This document shows, piece by piece, positions 27,945-40,399 of a stretch of 64,000 nt of DNA (position 1 is the first letter of the stretch; every line of letters begins with the position of its first letter). The stretch is from Macrostomum lignano (taxonomy: Eukaryota). The DNA is taken from positions 1-64,000 of the forward strand of contig NIVC01000644.1 of the NCBI GenBank assembly GCA_002269645.1, given 5' to 3'. The notes below the pieces were generated by a model that worked only from the letters and a program-made list of their open reading frames with translations, searched no databases and was not told where the DNA came from. Made by a program: the position numbers and the translations under genes.

Positions 27945-29085
27945 AGAGCAAAAGTAACGATATGCAGCTGCACATTTACACAATTACTGAATGCATTCTT
28001 TGTGCTTGGTGCGTCAGTCGCAGCGTACGTCAAGCAGCTGTCTTCTTTTTTACTTATTAATTCTCTTTCATTCTATTCTGGCTTGCTGCTTTGTGCAACA
28101 CATTCAATGGTAGAACTCACAGAAATGCTCCATTTGTGGTTGAATCTTGAATGCTTGGCTGAAGTGGCGAGCATTGCAATTTTCAGTTTTACTGTACTCG
28201 TACTAATCCACTGTAGCCCCATCCTACTGACTGCACCATGTTTTGAAAACTGTCTCACTGCCTGCTTTCTCTAATCTCTCCCTTTTTTATCTCACCTATC
28301 TATCCCTCTCCAATCTCACCCTCTCTCCCTCTCCAATCTCATCCCCCTCTCCCCTTTCAAGCTCATCCTCTTTTCCTCTCCAATCTCAAAATTCTCTCCC
28401 TCTGTAACCTCACCCCTATTTCCCTCTCTAATCTCACCCTCCTCCCTCTCTAATCTTTGTCTCCAGTCTCACTGAATCCAATCGCAGCCTCAACTCTCTG
28501 CAGTTCTTCCATCTCCTCGTGTATCTTCAGTCTCAATATTGCTGCTTTCGCACAAGAACTGAACTGCTAAATTCCAGTCAGACATAAAAGATGCCCTCCA
28601 CAGGTGACTGCTTTTTGTGAGGTCTGACAAAGTTTTGTCTAAAATGCGCCGTTCGTTATTAGCTATATAAAACACAAGGAATGGGTTTTGCATTCCGCAT
28701 TTACGAAAATGTTTTGAAGGAGAATTTTTGGAATTGCAGGCAAGCAAGCGGGACGATAGGATGCTTGGAGAGGGGGAGAAACTGTGTGGGGAATGCAAGT
28801 TTAAAGCCCCCAGAGACGAGTGGAGCCAGCTGGGGGCCCAGCTTGAGACAGAAATATCTCTTATTCACCATCCACGTCATCTCCATCTCCATCTCCATTT
28901 AGAAACTGCAGCAACTGAAAGGCTTGGTGGAGGGTTGCTCTTCTTCCATATCGTGTTTTGAATCATTCCTGGCCCTTGACTGTGTGCGAGCTGCGCTGAA
29001 GTTTGAAAATAATAATAAGAATGATCTGTTGATGAACTTGCTAATTGATAGATCCAACTATATGTTCTGTCTCTATTCTGATTCA

Positions 29086-29510
29086 GCCTGTCTGCTTCTA
29101 TCTGTCTGCTTCTGTCTGTCTGCTTCTGTCTGTCTGCTTCTGTCTGTCTGCTTCTGTCTGTCTGCTTCTGTCTGTCTGCTTCTGTCTGTCTGTCTGCTTC
29201 TATCTGTCTGCTTCTATCTGTCTGCTTCTATCTGTCTGCTTCTATCTGTCTGCTTCTATCTGTCTGCTTCTATCTGTCTGCTTCTATCTGTCTGCTTCTA
29301 TCTGTCTGCTTCTATCTGAATGCTTCTATCTGTCTGCTTATATCTGTTTACTTCTATCTGTCTGCTTCTGTCTGTCTGCTTCTATCTGTCTGCTTATATC
29401 TGAATGCTTCTATCTGTCTGCTTATATCTGTTTACTTCTATCTGTCTGCTTCTATCTGTCTACTTCTATCTGTCTGTCTGCTTCTGTCTGTCTGCTTCTA
29501 TCTGTCTGTT
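29086..29510. repeat. ~14-bp low-complexity repeat (CTGCTTCTATCTGT)
   Basis: Direct reading. Confidence 0.9.
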
Positions 29511-29763
29511 TCTGCATGCTTCCATATTTTTGCTTTCTGTCTGCTTTTTATTTGATTTAATCTTTGCGTTCCTTTCTGTTTTCAGCTCTATGCTTTCAGT
29601 TAGTCTGGCATCAGCTTACTGCTTCTATCCTTGCTTCTGCAGTTTCTTTTTTCTGCTTCCGTTTTATCCGCCTGCTTGCTTCGCTCTTTGTTCAAAAAGT
29701 CATAAACATCTGCGCAGTTTTTACGCAGTAACAAAATTCGTGTCCTTACTCGTCTCTGCCTAC

Positions 29764-29931
29764 TTGATGTTTCAGCTGCCAGTAGTAAGTAAGGAACATT
29801 TCCTTCATGTTACAGATGGCTTGGGTTGGCATTCTTACAGGTAGAAATTCTTTCCCAAGAAATTCTTCCCTAAATGGCTTTTTGGATCCCCAATTTGAGG
29901 GGAGTGAACACAACAGCATGATGAGAGGTTT
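29764..29931 (-). CDS. Candidate isolated coding exon (56 aa, KPLIMLLCSLPSNWGSKKPFREEFLGKEFLPVRMPTQAICNMKEMFLTYYWQLKHQ), unknown gene
   Basis: Stop-free frame bounded by TCTGTTTCTCGGACAG| and |GTAGGC (or |GTAAGG at 29749), with globular-looking composition. Partner exons could not be joined. Confidence 0.3.
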
Positions 29932-30254
29932 CTGTCCGAGAAACAGATTTTATCCCCGATCCCGAAGGTTGGGAGTGGGGTCTGCATAGCCAAATTCGAA
30001 AGAAATCCGTCAGGCTGTTTGTATCACAAAGCTAAAAAAGGGGGAGGAAGTTAGTGGATGAAGATTACGTAATCACTGTGTCAACTGTAAGGAATATTAT
30101 CTCATATTCCACACCACACATCAGTCAGTCAGTCAGCCAAGCAAGCAAGCAATGGCTTCAGTGAAGTTCAATGCTTATGTTTATCTTTAGGCACTGCACA
30201 ACACATTCAGCATCTGCTAGCAACTAATAACTTTCTTATAGGTTAATTAGCATG

Positions 30255-30718
30255 GCAGAGTAGATAGGGCAGGGTAGATTGGCAGAGTAGATTGGGCAGG
30301 GTAGATTGGGCAGGGTAGATTGGGCAGGGTAGATTGGGCAGGGTAGATTGGGCAGGGTAGATTGGGCAGGGTAGATTGGGCAGGGTAGATTGGGCAGGGT
30401 AGATTGGGCAGGGTAGATTGGGCAGGGTAGATTGGGCAGGGTAGATTGGGCAGGGTAGATTGGGCAGGGTAGATTGGGCAGGGTAGATTGGGCAGGGTAG
30501 ATTGGGCAGGGTAGATTGGGCAGGGTAGATTGGGCAGGGTAGATTGGGCAGGGTAGGTTGGGCAGGGTAGATTGGGCAGGGTAGATTGGGCAGGGTAGAT
30601 TGGGCAGGGTAGATTGGGCAGGGTAGATTGGGCAGGTTAGATTGGGCAGGGTAGATTGGGCAGGGTAGATTGGGCAGGGTAGATTGGGCAGGGTAGATTG
30701 GCAGAGTAGATTGGGCAA
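30255..30718. repeat. 14-bp G-rich minisatellite (GGGCAGGGTAGATT)
   Basis: About 33 near-perfect copies. Confidence 0.95.
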
Positions 30719-32174
30719 GGTAGTTGTATGTGCATGCAGATCAGTGAGGTAGATAAAGGAAGTCAGGGCTATGGATATTTGAATCATGGGAGCTTCGAGG
30801 GGATTAGGATTTGCAAGAGAGGTTGGCGCATCGCACTAGGGGGGGGGGCGGTCAGAAGGGGTCACAGGGGGTCACTAATGTCCAGTTAAATGTGAATTGT
30901 CAAGTGGAAGTCGCTAATCTAGTTTACAGCTTCCAGCCGAAGCAGAGATGATGAGGCTAGGCCGGGCAAAGCCGGAAGGAGAAAGAAACTGGCCGCGAGC
31001 GAAAGAATCCCTTCTCCAATCCCTTCCACCTCCTCGCGTCCCCCGCAAAATCTGGGCAGCTCAAATTGCCAGGCGCCACTCTCTGCCTCCTCTTGGGGTA
31101 GCTGCTTGAAAAGTCACTTGGACTTGAAGCGTCTTCGATATGGGACCTCCCGCTTTGCCTTTGGACAACGGCTGGGAGTCTGGGACGGCCTCCAGCTTCA
31201 TCAATTATTTCCCCTCTTCCTCTTGCCTCTCTCCCTCTCCCCGCGCTCCCTTCAACTCCTCCCTGCTGCTGTCACACTGCTGCCACTTTTCCCAGACTGC
31301 ATAATGACGGAAGGGGAAAGGAAGGTTCTATATGGGCCCTGTGCTCAGCATGCGATCGGGGAGAATTCAGTTGGAAATCCCCATCCCCATAAGCCGCATG
31401 CGCGCCGAGTGGAGCGCATAGGATTTATCATTTGGTCGGGACAGAAATGCGAGAACAGGAATTGCGTTTGAGAGCTGAAAATTGTCTGGCCTCATAGCAG
31501 GCCATAGCCCCCCTATAGAAAAACCGCACCAGACCTTCAACGGCTCTTATTGGCCAGTGGGCTGAGAGCCAATCAGCGAGGCCCAAGTGAGAACGTGACA
31601 GACAGAGTGGGTGGGTTGGCATCTGGTGGAATTAGCACAGCGGGGAGCCCCACACAGCCTGCAGGCAGTTCATTCATCCGGCCGGCCCAACCATCGTCCA
31701 ATCGATGCTAATTACCGGGAGCCGCTAATCTCCGCCATTTCTATAATTAATACGCGGGCCGAAGTTCATTATGAAATCGAATATGCATAGGGGAGCGGAG
31801 AAAGTCGGCCATCTCATGCGCCTTTGAAGCGCGTCAAGGGGCTTCGGGGCCTGGAAGCAGAAGCAAAGCAAAGCCAAGCCTTGGTCTAGTAGTGGGGCGC
31901 AAAAAGCATTCCCTAAGATTGCGTCACTCGTCCCCGATACGATCGTAGCAATTCCGCCATGATATTTTCTATTTTTCTTTTGATTTGGGATAAGATTAGG
32001 AACAAAAAATTTGATTATTGCGACATTTTCATTCGGAAAATTAAAAATAATAATACTATTCAAATTCTATGATAGAATTACGAGCTAGCTTCCATTAGTA
32101 CCATTTTGAACAGCAAATTCCTCATTAAACTAAATTTAAGCAAAACTGTTACTGACAATTGATGCCATTGCATT

Positions 32175-32432
32175 TGGAGTTGGCGCCATGTCATTTGGGA
32201 GTTGGCGCCATGTCATTTGGGAGTTGGCGCCATGTCATTTGGGAGTTGGCGCCATGTCATTTGGGAGTTGGCGCCATGTCATTTGGGAGTTGGCGCCATG
32301 TCATTTGGGAGTTGGCGCCATGTCATTTGGGAGTTGGCGCCATGTCATTTGGGAGTTGGCGCCATGTCATTTGGATTTGGCGCCATTGCATTTGGAGTTG
32401 GCGCCTTGGCATTTGGAGTTGGCGCCTTGGCA
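32175..32432. repeat. 22-bp minisatellite (GGCGCCATGTCATTTGGGAGTT)
   Basis: Direct reading. Confidence 0.92.
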
Positions 32433-32525
32433 TTTAGAGAGTATGGATAAGGCAGGGTAGATAGGGGAGGGTAGAGAGGGGAGGGTAGATAAGGGGAGAA
32501 TAGATAGGGTGGGTAGACAGGGGCG

Positions 32526-33155
32526 GCGCCAGCACCAGAGGCGCCAGCACCAGAGGCGCCAGCACCAGAGGCGCCAGCACCAGAGGCGCCAGCACCAGAG
32601 GCGCCAGCACCAGAGGCGCCAGCACCAGAGGCGCCAGCACCAGAGGCGCCAGCACCAGAGGCGCCAGCACCAGAGGCGCCAGCACCAGAGGCGCCAGCAC
32701 CAGAGGCGCCAGCACCAGAGGCGCCAGCACCAGAGGCGCCAGCACCAGAGGCGCCAGCACCAGAGGCGCCAGCACCAGAGGCGCCAGCACCAGAGGCGCC
32801 AGCACCAGAGGCGCCAGCACCAGAGGCGCCAGCACCAGAGGCGCCAGCACCAGAGGCGCCAGCACCAGAGGCGCCAGCACCAGAGGCGCCAGCACCAGAG
32901 GCGCCAGCACCAGAGGCGCCAGCACCAGAGGCGCCAGCACCAGAGGCGCCAGCACCAGAGGCGCCAGCACCAGAGGCGCCAGCACCAGAGGCGCCAGCAC
33001 CAGAGGCGCCAGCACCAGAGGCGCCAGCACCAGAGGCGCCAGCACCAGAGGCGCCAGCACCAGAGGCGCCAGCACCAGAGGCGCCAGCACCAGAGGCGCC
33101 AGCACCAGAGGCGCCAGCACCAGAGGCGCCAGCACCAGAGGCGCCAGCACCAGAG
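32526..33155. repeat. Perfect 15-bp minisatellite (GGCGCCAGCACCAGA), ~42 copies
   Basis: Direct reading; it generates the RRQHQ and VLAPL ORFs. Confidence 0.96.
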
Positions 33156-33587
33156 GGGTCCGTTGCCCCCTTTGCCCCTTGGTCCCAGCTTTCAACCAGT
33201 CAGTCCTTCCTCCCGCCACAGTTGTTCACTTTCCCGGGTCTCGAAAATTTGTTTTGACATGAAAACCGAAGAAAAGCGAGAGAAGTTCGCCTTGCTGCGC
33301 CAGAGAATTCTGAACAGCACTGAACAGGCGGCTCTGCCAGTGTGTTTGCTTCCCCGGCAGGTCGACTTGCACTGCAGACGAAGTCACTTCCCTGCGAAAA
33401 CTCCCTCCAGCACTCCCCGGGCTTCTCTTTCCTCTCCACCCGCTGCCGCGTTGAAGAAAGTTAGAAGGGGAAAGGTTTTTTTTACAGATTCCATCCTGCG
33501 CAGCCCCCAGCGCTATGACCCTGAATATTGCAATGTCTAAACTGCATCCGGATTGTGTAGTCTTTTCACACACCCTTTTGACCGAAA

Positions 33588-34322
33588 TACCCTCTCTTCT
33601 CCCCAGTCTACAATCTCCTCTCCCCATCACACTCTCCCCTCTTCACTCTACCCTCTCTTCTCCCCAGTCTACAATCTCCTCCCCCCATCACACTCTCCCC
33701 TCCTCACTCTACCCTCTCTTCTCCCCAGTCTACACTCTCCTCTCCTCACTCTACCCTCTCTTCTCCCCAGTCTACACTCTCCTCTCCTCACTCTACCCTC
33801 TCTTCTCCCCAGTCTACACTCTCCTCTCCTCACTCTACCCTCTCTTCTCCCCAGTCTACACTCTCCTCTCCTCACTCTACCCTCTCTTCTCCCCAGTCTA
33901 CAATCTCCTCTCCCCATCACACTCTCCCCTCCTCACTCTACCCTCTCTTCTCCCCAGTCTACAATCTCCTCTCCCCATCACACTCTCCCCTCCTCACTCT
34001 ACCCTCTCTTCTCCCCAGTCTACACTCTCCTCTCCTCACTCTACCCTCTCTTCTCCCCACTCTACACTCTCCTCTCCCTACTCTACCCTCACCTTTCATC
34101 GCTCTACCCTATCCTCTCATCACTCTCTACCCTCTACTCTCCATACTCTACCCTCTCCTCTCCCTACTCTACCCTCTCCTCTCCCTACTCTACCCTCTAC
34201 TCTCCATACTCTACCCTCTCCTCTCCCTACTCTACCCTCTCCTCTCCCTACTCTACCCTCTCCTCTCCCTACTCTACCCTCTCCTCTCCCTACTCTACCT
34301 CTCCTCTCCCTACTCTACCCTC
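33588..34322. repeat. Pyrimidine-rich compound minisatellite (CTCTACCCTCTCTTCTCCCCAGTCTACA...)
   Basis: Direct reading. Confidence 0.9.
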
Positions 34323-34849
34323 CCTTGCCCCTCCCTCTGCCACCCCAGCAGGGGATTGGGAGACGGGCATTGGCAGCCATCAAGCAGGACTGGAAACACA
34401 CGGGGTCCACTTCTGCCGCTTGAACTGACTGCTGGATCCAAGTGAAGCACCCTGGCGGCGGATCCTTCAGAGCTTTAAGCAACGGAGGGGTTGCGCAGTG
34501 TTTTCAAGCCTTGACAGGCAAATTTGAACAGAGACAACAGAAAAGGCCAGAGAGGAAGAAAGCGGGCGATGAAGCTCTGATGTGGGCAATTTTTTGCAAT
34601 TCCAGTCGCCAATTTGCCGTGGCGTAAGAAATGAAAATGGCTGGCTACATGGTCCCTTCTGCGCAACGACAAGCAGCAGTTCTGACGAAGCATTTGTAGA
34701 ATTTTTCTGCTTTTGCAAGACTTTTAAGCTGCAGTAACTGTTCGAATTCTTTATTGTAGCAAAATTATTCACGCAAAGCGATGATCAGAAATATAAAACA
34801 CTGAGGTAGCTGGTTTAGTGCGACTCAGTATTGAGGTCGTGAATATTCT

Positions 34850-35495
34850 GGTTGGTTGGTGAAGATTCGGGTTGGTTGGTGAAGATTCGAGTTGGTTTGT
34901 GAAGATTCGAGTTGGTTGGTGAAGATTCAGGTTGGTTGAAGATTCGGGTTGGTTGGTGCATGAAGACTCGGGTTGGCTGGTGAAGATTCGGGTTGGTTGG
35001 TGAAGACTCGGGTCAATTAATGAAGATTCGGGTTGGTTGGTGAAGATTCAGGTTGGTGAAGATTCGGGTCAATTGGTGAAGATTCAGGTTGGTGAAGATT
35101 CAGGTTGGTGAAGATTCAGGTTGGTGAAGATTCGGGTCAATTGGTCAAGATTCAGGTTGGTGAAGACTCGGGTTGGTTGGTGAAGACTCGGGTTGGTTGG
35201 TGAAGATTCGGGTCAATTGGTGAAGATTCAGGTTGGTGAAGATTCGGGTCAATTGGTGAAGATTCAGGTTGGTGAAGATTCGGGTCAATTGGTGAAGATT
35301 CAGGTTGGTGAAGATTCAGGTTGGTAAAGACTCGGGTTGGTTGGTGAAGACTCGGGTCAATTGGTGAAGATTCGGGTCAATTGGTGAAGATTCAGGTTGG
35401 TGAAGATTCAGGTTGGTTAGTGAAGACTCGGGTTGGTTGGTGAAGATTCGGGTCAATTGGTGAAGATTCAGGTTGGTGAAGATTCGGGTTGGTGA
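34850..35495. repeat. 17-21 bp minisatellite (GGTGAAGATTC(G/A)GGTT/GGTCAATT)
   Basis: Direct reading. Confidence 0.9.
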
Positions 35496-36041
35496 GTATT
35501 TGTGTTCGCTAATTCACACCGATTCTGCCTCCTTGGGAATTGATCTCTCCCACTTAGTAGTGATCCCTATAGCCTCGCAAAAAATCCCAACTCCTATTTA
35601 AAAAATCCCCTTTCTTATGAAGCCTTTTCCAGAGTGGGGAGGATGCGGATCCCGAAAAGCGCCCGACTTCTCAAACGCACGCAAGCCGTTCCGGGCCACT
35701 TGTGAGTCAGAAGTTGCTCGTGAGGGTTGGGGGCGGCTGTGGGGCAGCAGTGAACTCTGCGCCTCTGTTTGACCAAAGCAAACATGCGGGGCACTGAGTG
35801 ACTGGCTGGGATGACCGGCCTGCGCTTCCCCATAGCACAAAGCAGAGCTCTCGATCTCTGGTCTCCATTCCAACCAGCTCAGTCAGAATCTCGCGCTATG
35901 CTCTCATTAAAAACTCCCAGTGCACATGCGGATGAATGAATACTTTACTAAATAGCTTTACACAGGAACTGCTGTTTGCTGACGGTTGCTGGGCTGGATT
36001 CTAACATTTGGATTTTTTGACGGGTTGCTTTTAGAGCTCCA

Positions 36042-37300
36042 GGATGGAGTTTTGTGGGTTCCGGAGTGGAGTTTTGTGGGTTCCACGGATGGAGTTTTGT
36101 GGGTTCCGGAGTGGAGTTTTGTGGGTTCCACGGATGGAGTTTTGTGGGTTCCGGAGTGGAGTTTTGTGGGTTCCACGGATGGAGTTTTGTGGGTTCCGGA
36201 GTGGAGTTTTGTGGGTTCCACGGATGGAGTTTTGTGGGTTCCAGGATGGAGTTTTGTGGGTTCCGGAGTGGAGTTTTGTGGGTTCCACGGATGGAGTTTT
36301 GTGGGTTCCAGGATGGAGTTTTGTGGGTTCCGGAGTGGAGTTCTGAGGGTTCCAAGGATGGAGTTCTGTGGGTTCCAAGGATGGAGTTTTGTGGGTTCCA
36401 GAGTGGAGTTCTGTGGGTTCTGGAGTGGAGTTCTGAGGGTTCCAAAGATGGAGTTTTGAGGGTTCCACGGATGGAGTTTTGAGGGTTCCACGGATGGAGT
36501 TTTGAGGGTTCCACGGATGGAGTTTTGAGGGTTCCACGGATGGAGTTCTGAGGGTTCCAAGGATGGAGTTTTGAGAGTTCCACGGATGGAGTTCTGAGGG
36601 TTCCCACAGATGGAGTTTTGAGGGTTCCACGGATGGAGTTCTGAGGGTTCCCACAGATGGAGTTCTGAGGGTTCCAAGGATGGAGTTCTGAGGGTTCCCA
36701 CAGATGGAGTTTTGTGGGTTCCACGGATGGAGTTCTGTGGGTTCCAAGGGTGGAGTTTTGTGGGTTCCAGAGTGGAGTTCTGTGGGTTCCGGAGTGGAGT
36801 TCTGAGGGTTCCAAGGATGGTGTTCTGAGGGTTCCAAGGATGGAGTTTTGAGGGTTCCATGGATGGAGTTCTGAGGGTTCCTACAGATGGAGTTCTGAGG
36901 GTTCCCACAGATGGAGTTTTGAGGGTTCCAAGGATGGAGTTCTGAGGGTTCCAAGGATGGTGTTCTGAGGGTTCCCACAGATGGAGTTTTGAGGGTTCCA
37001 CGGATGGAGTTCTGAGGGTTCCTACAGATGGAGTTCTGAGGTTTCCCACAGATGGAGTTTTGAGGGTTCCAAGGATGGAGTTCTGAGGGTTCCAAGGATG
37101 GAGTTCTGAGGGTTCCCACAGATGGAGTTCTGAGGGTTCCCACAGATGGAGTTCTGAGGGTTCCAAGGATGGAGTTCTGAGGGTTCCAAGGATGGAGTTC
37201 TGAGGGTTCCAAGGATGGAGTTCTGAGGGTTCCAAGGATGGTGTTCTGAGGGTTCCACGGATGGAGTTCTGAGGGTTTCATGGATGGAGTTTTGTGGATT
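36042..37300. repeat. 22/23-bp minisatellite (GGATGGAGTT(T/C)TG(T/A)GGGTTCCA..)
   Basis: Direct reading. Confidence 0.93.
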
Positions 37301-38057
37301 CCGGGATGCATCTGTGAAGGCGAAGGAGCGATCGGTTTCAAGCGAAAAAACCTTTGGTGTTGACATAGCAGGAAAATATGTGACATAAGAGGCAGTGCTA
37401 TCAAAGTTTCAGATTTATTGATGCCAATAAATATTAACAAATTGAAATCAGAACAGTTGAATATGTGAGCTCTGACTATAACTGACTGCAACACTACGAA
37501 ACTAATGATGTGAAAGCAGAATAAAAAGCAGAAAAGAAGCACAAAAAGCAAATCAAGAATGCTTTAAGCAACAACACGGGAAATTTTGCTAGCTAATTAA
37601 TACAGTAGCATAAATAGGAGGCTTTGTCAATCTAAAGCAAAAAGACAAGCCTATAATTGTCTGCTTGCAAGCAATGAGTTTCTAGGTTAGCCACAGACTC
37701 ACCCTTAGCCCTTAGCCTCAAAGACTTCATGGTAAAAAGCAATTAAAAAGCTATCTGATGAAAAAAATTCAAAGCATTGGATCGCTGCCAAGCTTTGAAG
37801 GAGGTTCAGGGAGATTTGCAAACACTTCTGTGTACTGACAGGTCTGCAGGTACAGTTGAGAGTTGCGCAATCGGATGTAAGAGTGTATTAATGATTTAGA
37901 GCGAATTATTTTGTGCCAAAGATAAACAAAAATATTTTATATTTTGTTTTGATAACCGCGCAGTGGGACTCGGAAGTGAGAGGGACGGATCTAGGAGGGG
38001 AGAGGGGTGTGGATAATGAGGAAGTGGAGAGGAGTGGCTACCAAAGGGAAGGCAGAT

Positions 38058-38287
38058 GGAGAGGCAGAGGGAGAGGCAGAGGGAGAGGCAGAGGGAGAGG
38101 CAGAGGGAGAGGCAGAGGGAGAGGCAGAGGGAGAGGCAGAGGGAGAGGCAGAGGGAGAGGCAGAGGGAGAGGCAGAGGGAGAGGCAGAGGGAGAGGCAGA
38201 GGGAGAGGCAGAGGGAGAGGCAGAGGGAGAGGCAGAGGGAGAGGCAGAGGGAGAGGCAGAGGGAGAGGCAGAGGGAGAGGCAGAGGG
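38058..38287. repeat. 12-bp minisatellite (GAGGGAGAGGCA)
   Basis: Direct reading; it lies in the predicted 3' UTR of paralog B. Confidence 0.95.
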
Positions 38288-38354
38288 CGGGCAAGTGGCA
38301 GGTCCGCAGAGTGGCAGGTTCAGAGTCCGCAGTGTCCAAGGCGCCGCAAAACTT

Positions 38355-38386
38355 TCACTTGGGCATCGGCGGAAAGGCGGCAGCGG
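38355..38386 (-). CDS. ZNF608: Paralog B predicted terminal coding exon 4 ((S)AAAFPPMPK*)
   Basis: A strong acceptor ATTTCCTGATTTTCCTGTTGCAG| matches the phase-1 donor T|GTGAGT at 39385. The exon ends CCC AAG TGA (PK*), exactly like paralog A (HPK*, CCC AAG TGA). Confidence 0.7.
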
Positions 38387-38914
38387 CTGCAACAGGAAAA
38401 TCAGGAAATGCTTGAATGGAAGCGGGAGTGTTCAAGAGTGGCTTGGGAGCAACACAGCTTTAAGCATCGAGATCCTAAAGCATCCCTATAATTAAGCGAA
38501 CACTTGAGATTGTGTTCCCTGCATATGCAGGCGGCCCACCCCAGAGAGGGACCGCCGCACAGTTGAGGTCAGCCATCTGGGGCGGCAGAATCCCAGGATT
38601 GCACTGGGCAGACTGGATGGAGGCTGGCCAGTGCAAAGTTCAATAAACAGTTCTGGTGTGGGGAGGCGACTGGCTGCGGTAGCGGCGGGAGGGTCCCAAC
38701 ACAGCAGGAGGCCCGGCGGTTAACTTCGCCACGCAGCGGGGGAGGGGGATGTAACGGCTTTTATATCGGGGAGGTTTGGAGAAAATCTATAGCTAAGGGA
38801 AGCGGAATCCCCCAGAGGCGAATTGCTGTGTTGGCGTTCGCGCCGCGAAGCTTAATGATGCCCGGCACAGAGACAGGGGGCGTGGGGAGACAGACTGGCA
38901 GATAGAAGAGTGAA

Positions 38915-39333
38915 GTGATGAGAGAGGAGAGAGCAGAGAGGAGAGGAGAGAGGAGAGGAGAGGAGAGGAGAGGAGAGGAGAGGAGAGCGGAGAGTAGATA
39001 CGAGAAAGGAGAGAGGAGAGAAGGGATACGAGAGAAAAGGAGAGGCGAGAGAGAAATGACGAGAGACGAGAGACGAGAGACGAGAGAGGAGAGAGGAGTG
39101 AAGAGAGACGAGAGACGAGAGAGGAGAGAGGAGTGAAGAGAGAAGAGAGAAGAGAGGAGAGAAGAGAGACGAGAGACGAGAGAGGAGAGAGGAGTGAAGA
39201 GAGGGGAGATACAAAAGACGAGAGAGGAGAGAAGAGAGACGAGAGAGGAGAGAGAAGAGAGACGAGAGAGGAGAGAGAAGAGAGAAGAGAGAAGAGAGAA
39301 GAGAGAAGAGAGGAGAGAGAAGAGAGAAGAGAG
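38915..39333. repeat. GA-rich low-complexity tract
   Basis: Direct reading; it lies within paralog B intron 3. Confidence 0.9.
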
Positions 39334-39385
39334 GTCCGTCAGGGACACAGACGGGGGACGCAGGCTGGAGTGGCCGCAGACTCAC

Positions 39386-40372
39386 AGGGAAATGCGAAGG
39401 GGTCTCTGAGGAAGGCCGGCAGCTGGCCAGGAAAGGCGGCGAACGCGGCGGCGGCGGCCTCCATGAGGCGGAGCTGCTCCAGTTCGAACTGCAGCTTCTG
39501 CTGATCGGCTGTCGCCGCGCCGAACGAGTGCGGCCATCTGGCAAGCGGATGCGGCTGCTGCGGCGGAAGCTGGCCGAGTTGATGAAGCGGATGCGGATGC
39601 CGCTGAGTCATAGCCGCCAACGGTGGGGCGGGATGGGGCATAACAGATGACGTCACAACCTCCTCCGGCGGTTGAAGCGGCGGCGGTGGTGGCGGCGGCG
39701 GTTGCTGCTGCTTCGGCGAGGCAGCTGGCGATACAGACGACGGAGAACTAGATGCCGGAGGCTGCGGAGGCTGCGGATGAAGTTGACTCTCTTTTGCATC
39801 AGCAGCAGCAGCAGCCGCCGGTGAGCTAGACTGATGCCGGTGCGGCTTGGATTTCTTAGAAACCGAGACGGCCGGCTTCCGCTGCTCCGGCACTTTGAAC
39901 ACCGGCGGCGGAGGGGGAGGCAGCGGGGGCGGCGGAGGGGGCGGCGGCTCCGCCCGGCGAGTGTGGCAGTCGTTGTGATGCCACTTCATGGCCAGAATGC
40001 TGACGAAGCGCTTCGAGCAGTCGGGATGCGGGCAGCAGACCGGCAGCGGGTCCCCACCGGCTCTTCCCGGCTGCCGCTTCTGCTGCTGCTGGCCGACCTG
40101 CGGCGGCCGACTTTTCTGCTTTTTGGCGCCGCTGCCGCCGCTGCCGGAGGACGCCGCTCGCCTTTTGCGTCGGCTGGCGCTCGAGCAGCCGGATTCCTCC
40201 GCGGTGTTGCCGTCGCCGTCGCCGCCACCGCCGCTGACGTCTACTGCGACGTCAGCGGCGGAACCCGATGACGAAGCTGCCGGAGGCGGAGCGGCGAAGT
40301 CGTGCTGAGACGAGTCCAGCAGGGTGCCGACGTAGGTGCGCCCGCGCCAGGTCACGTTGACCACCAGCATGC
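39386..40372 (-). CDS. ZNF608: Brakeless/scribbler (ZNF608/609) paralog B, exon 3
   Basis: The acceptor CCCCGCAG|GC ATG completes the Gly codon (ETNSG|[28 protein letters not shown]). It carries the C2H2 finger CPHPDCSKRFVSILAMKWHHNDCH and the VFKVP motif shared with paralog A. Without splicing at 39385 the frame ends at TGA 39341-39339. Confidence 0.9.
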
Positions 40373-40399
40373 CTGCGGGGTTCGCGAGCTCAGTGACTT

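Noticed and set aside
26706-28274. ORFs with WCWRPLVLAPLGAGAP / GRQHQGAPAPRGASTK repeats
   Set aside because: Artefacts of the perfect 16-mer arrays, open on both strands.
32434-37551. ORFs RRQHQ/VLAPL, SSLYPLFSP and EPSELHPWNPQNS (up to 506 aa)
   Set aside because: Repeat-derived, with no complex sequence apart from short flanks.
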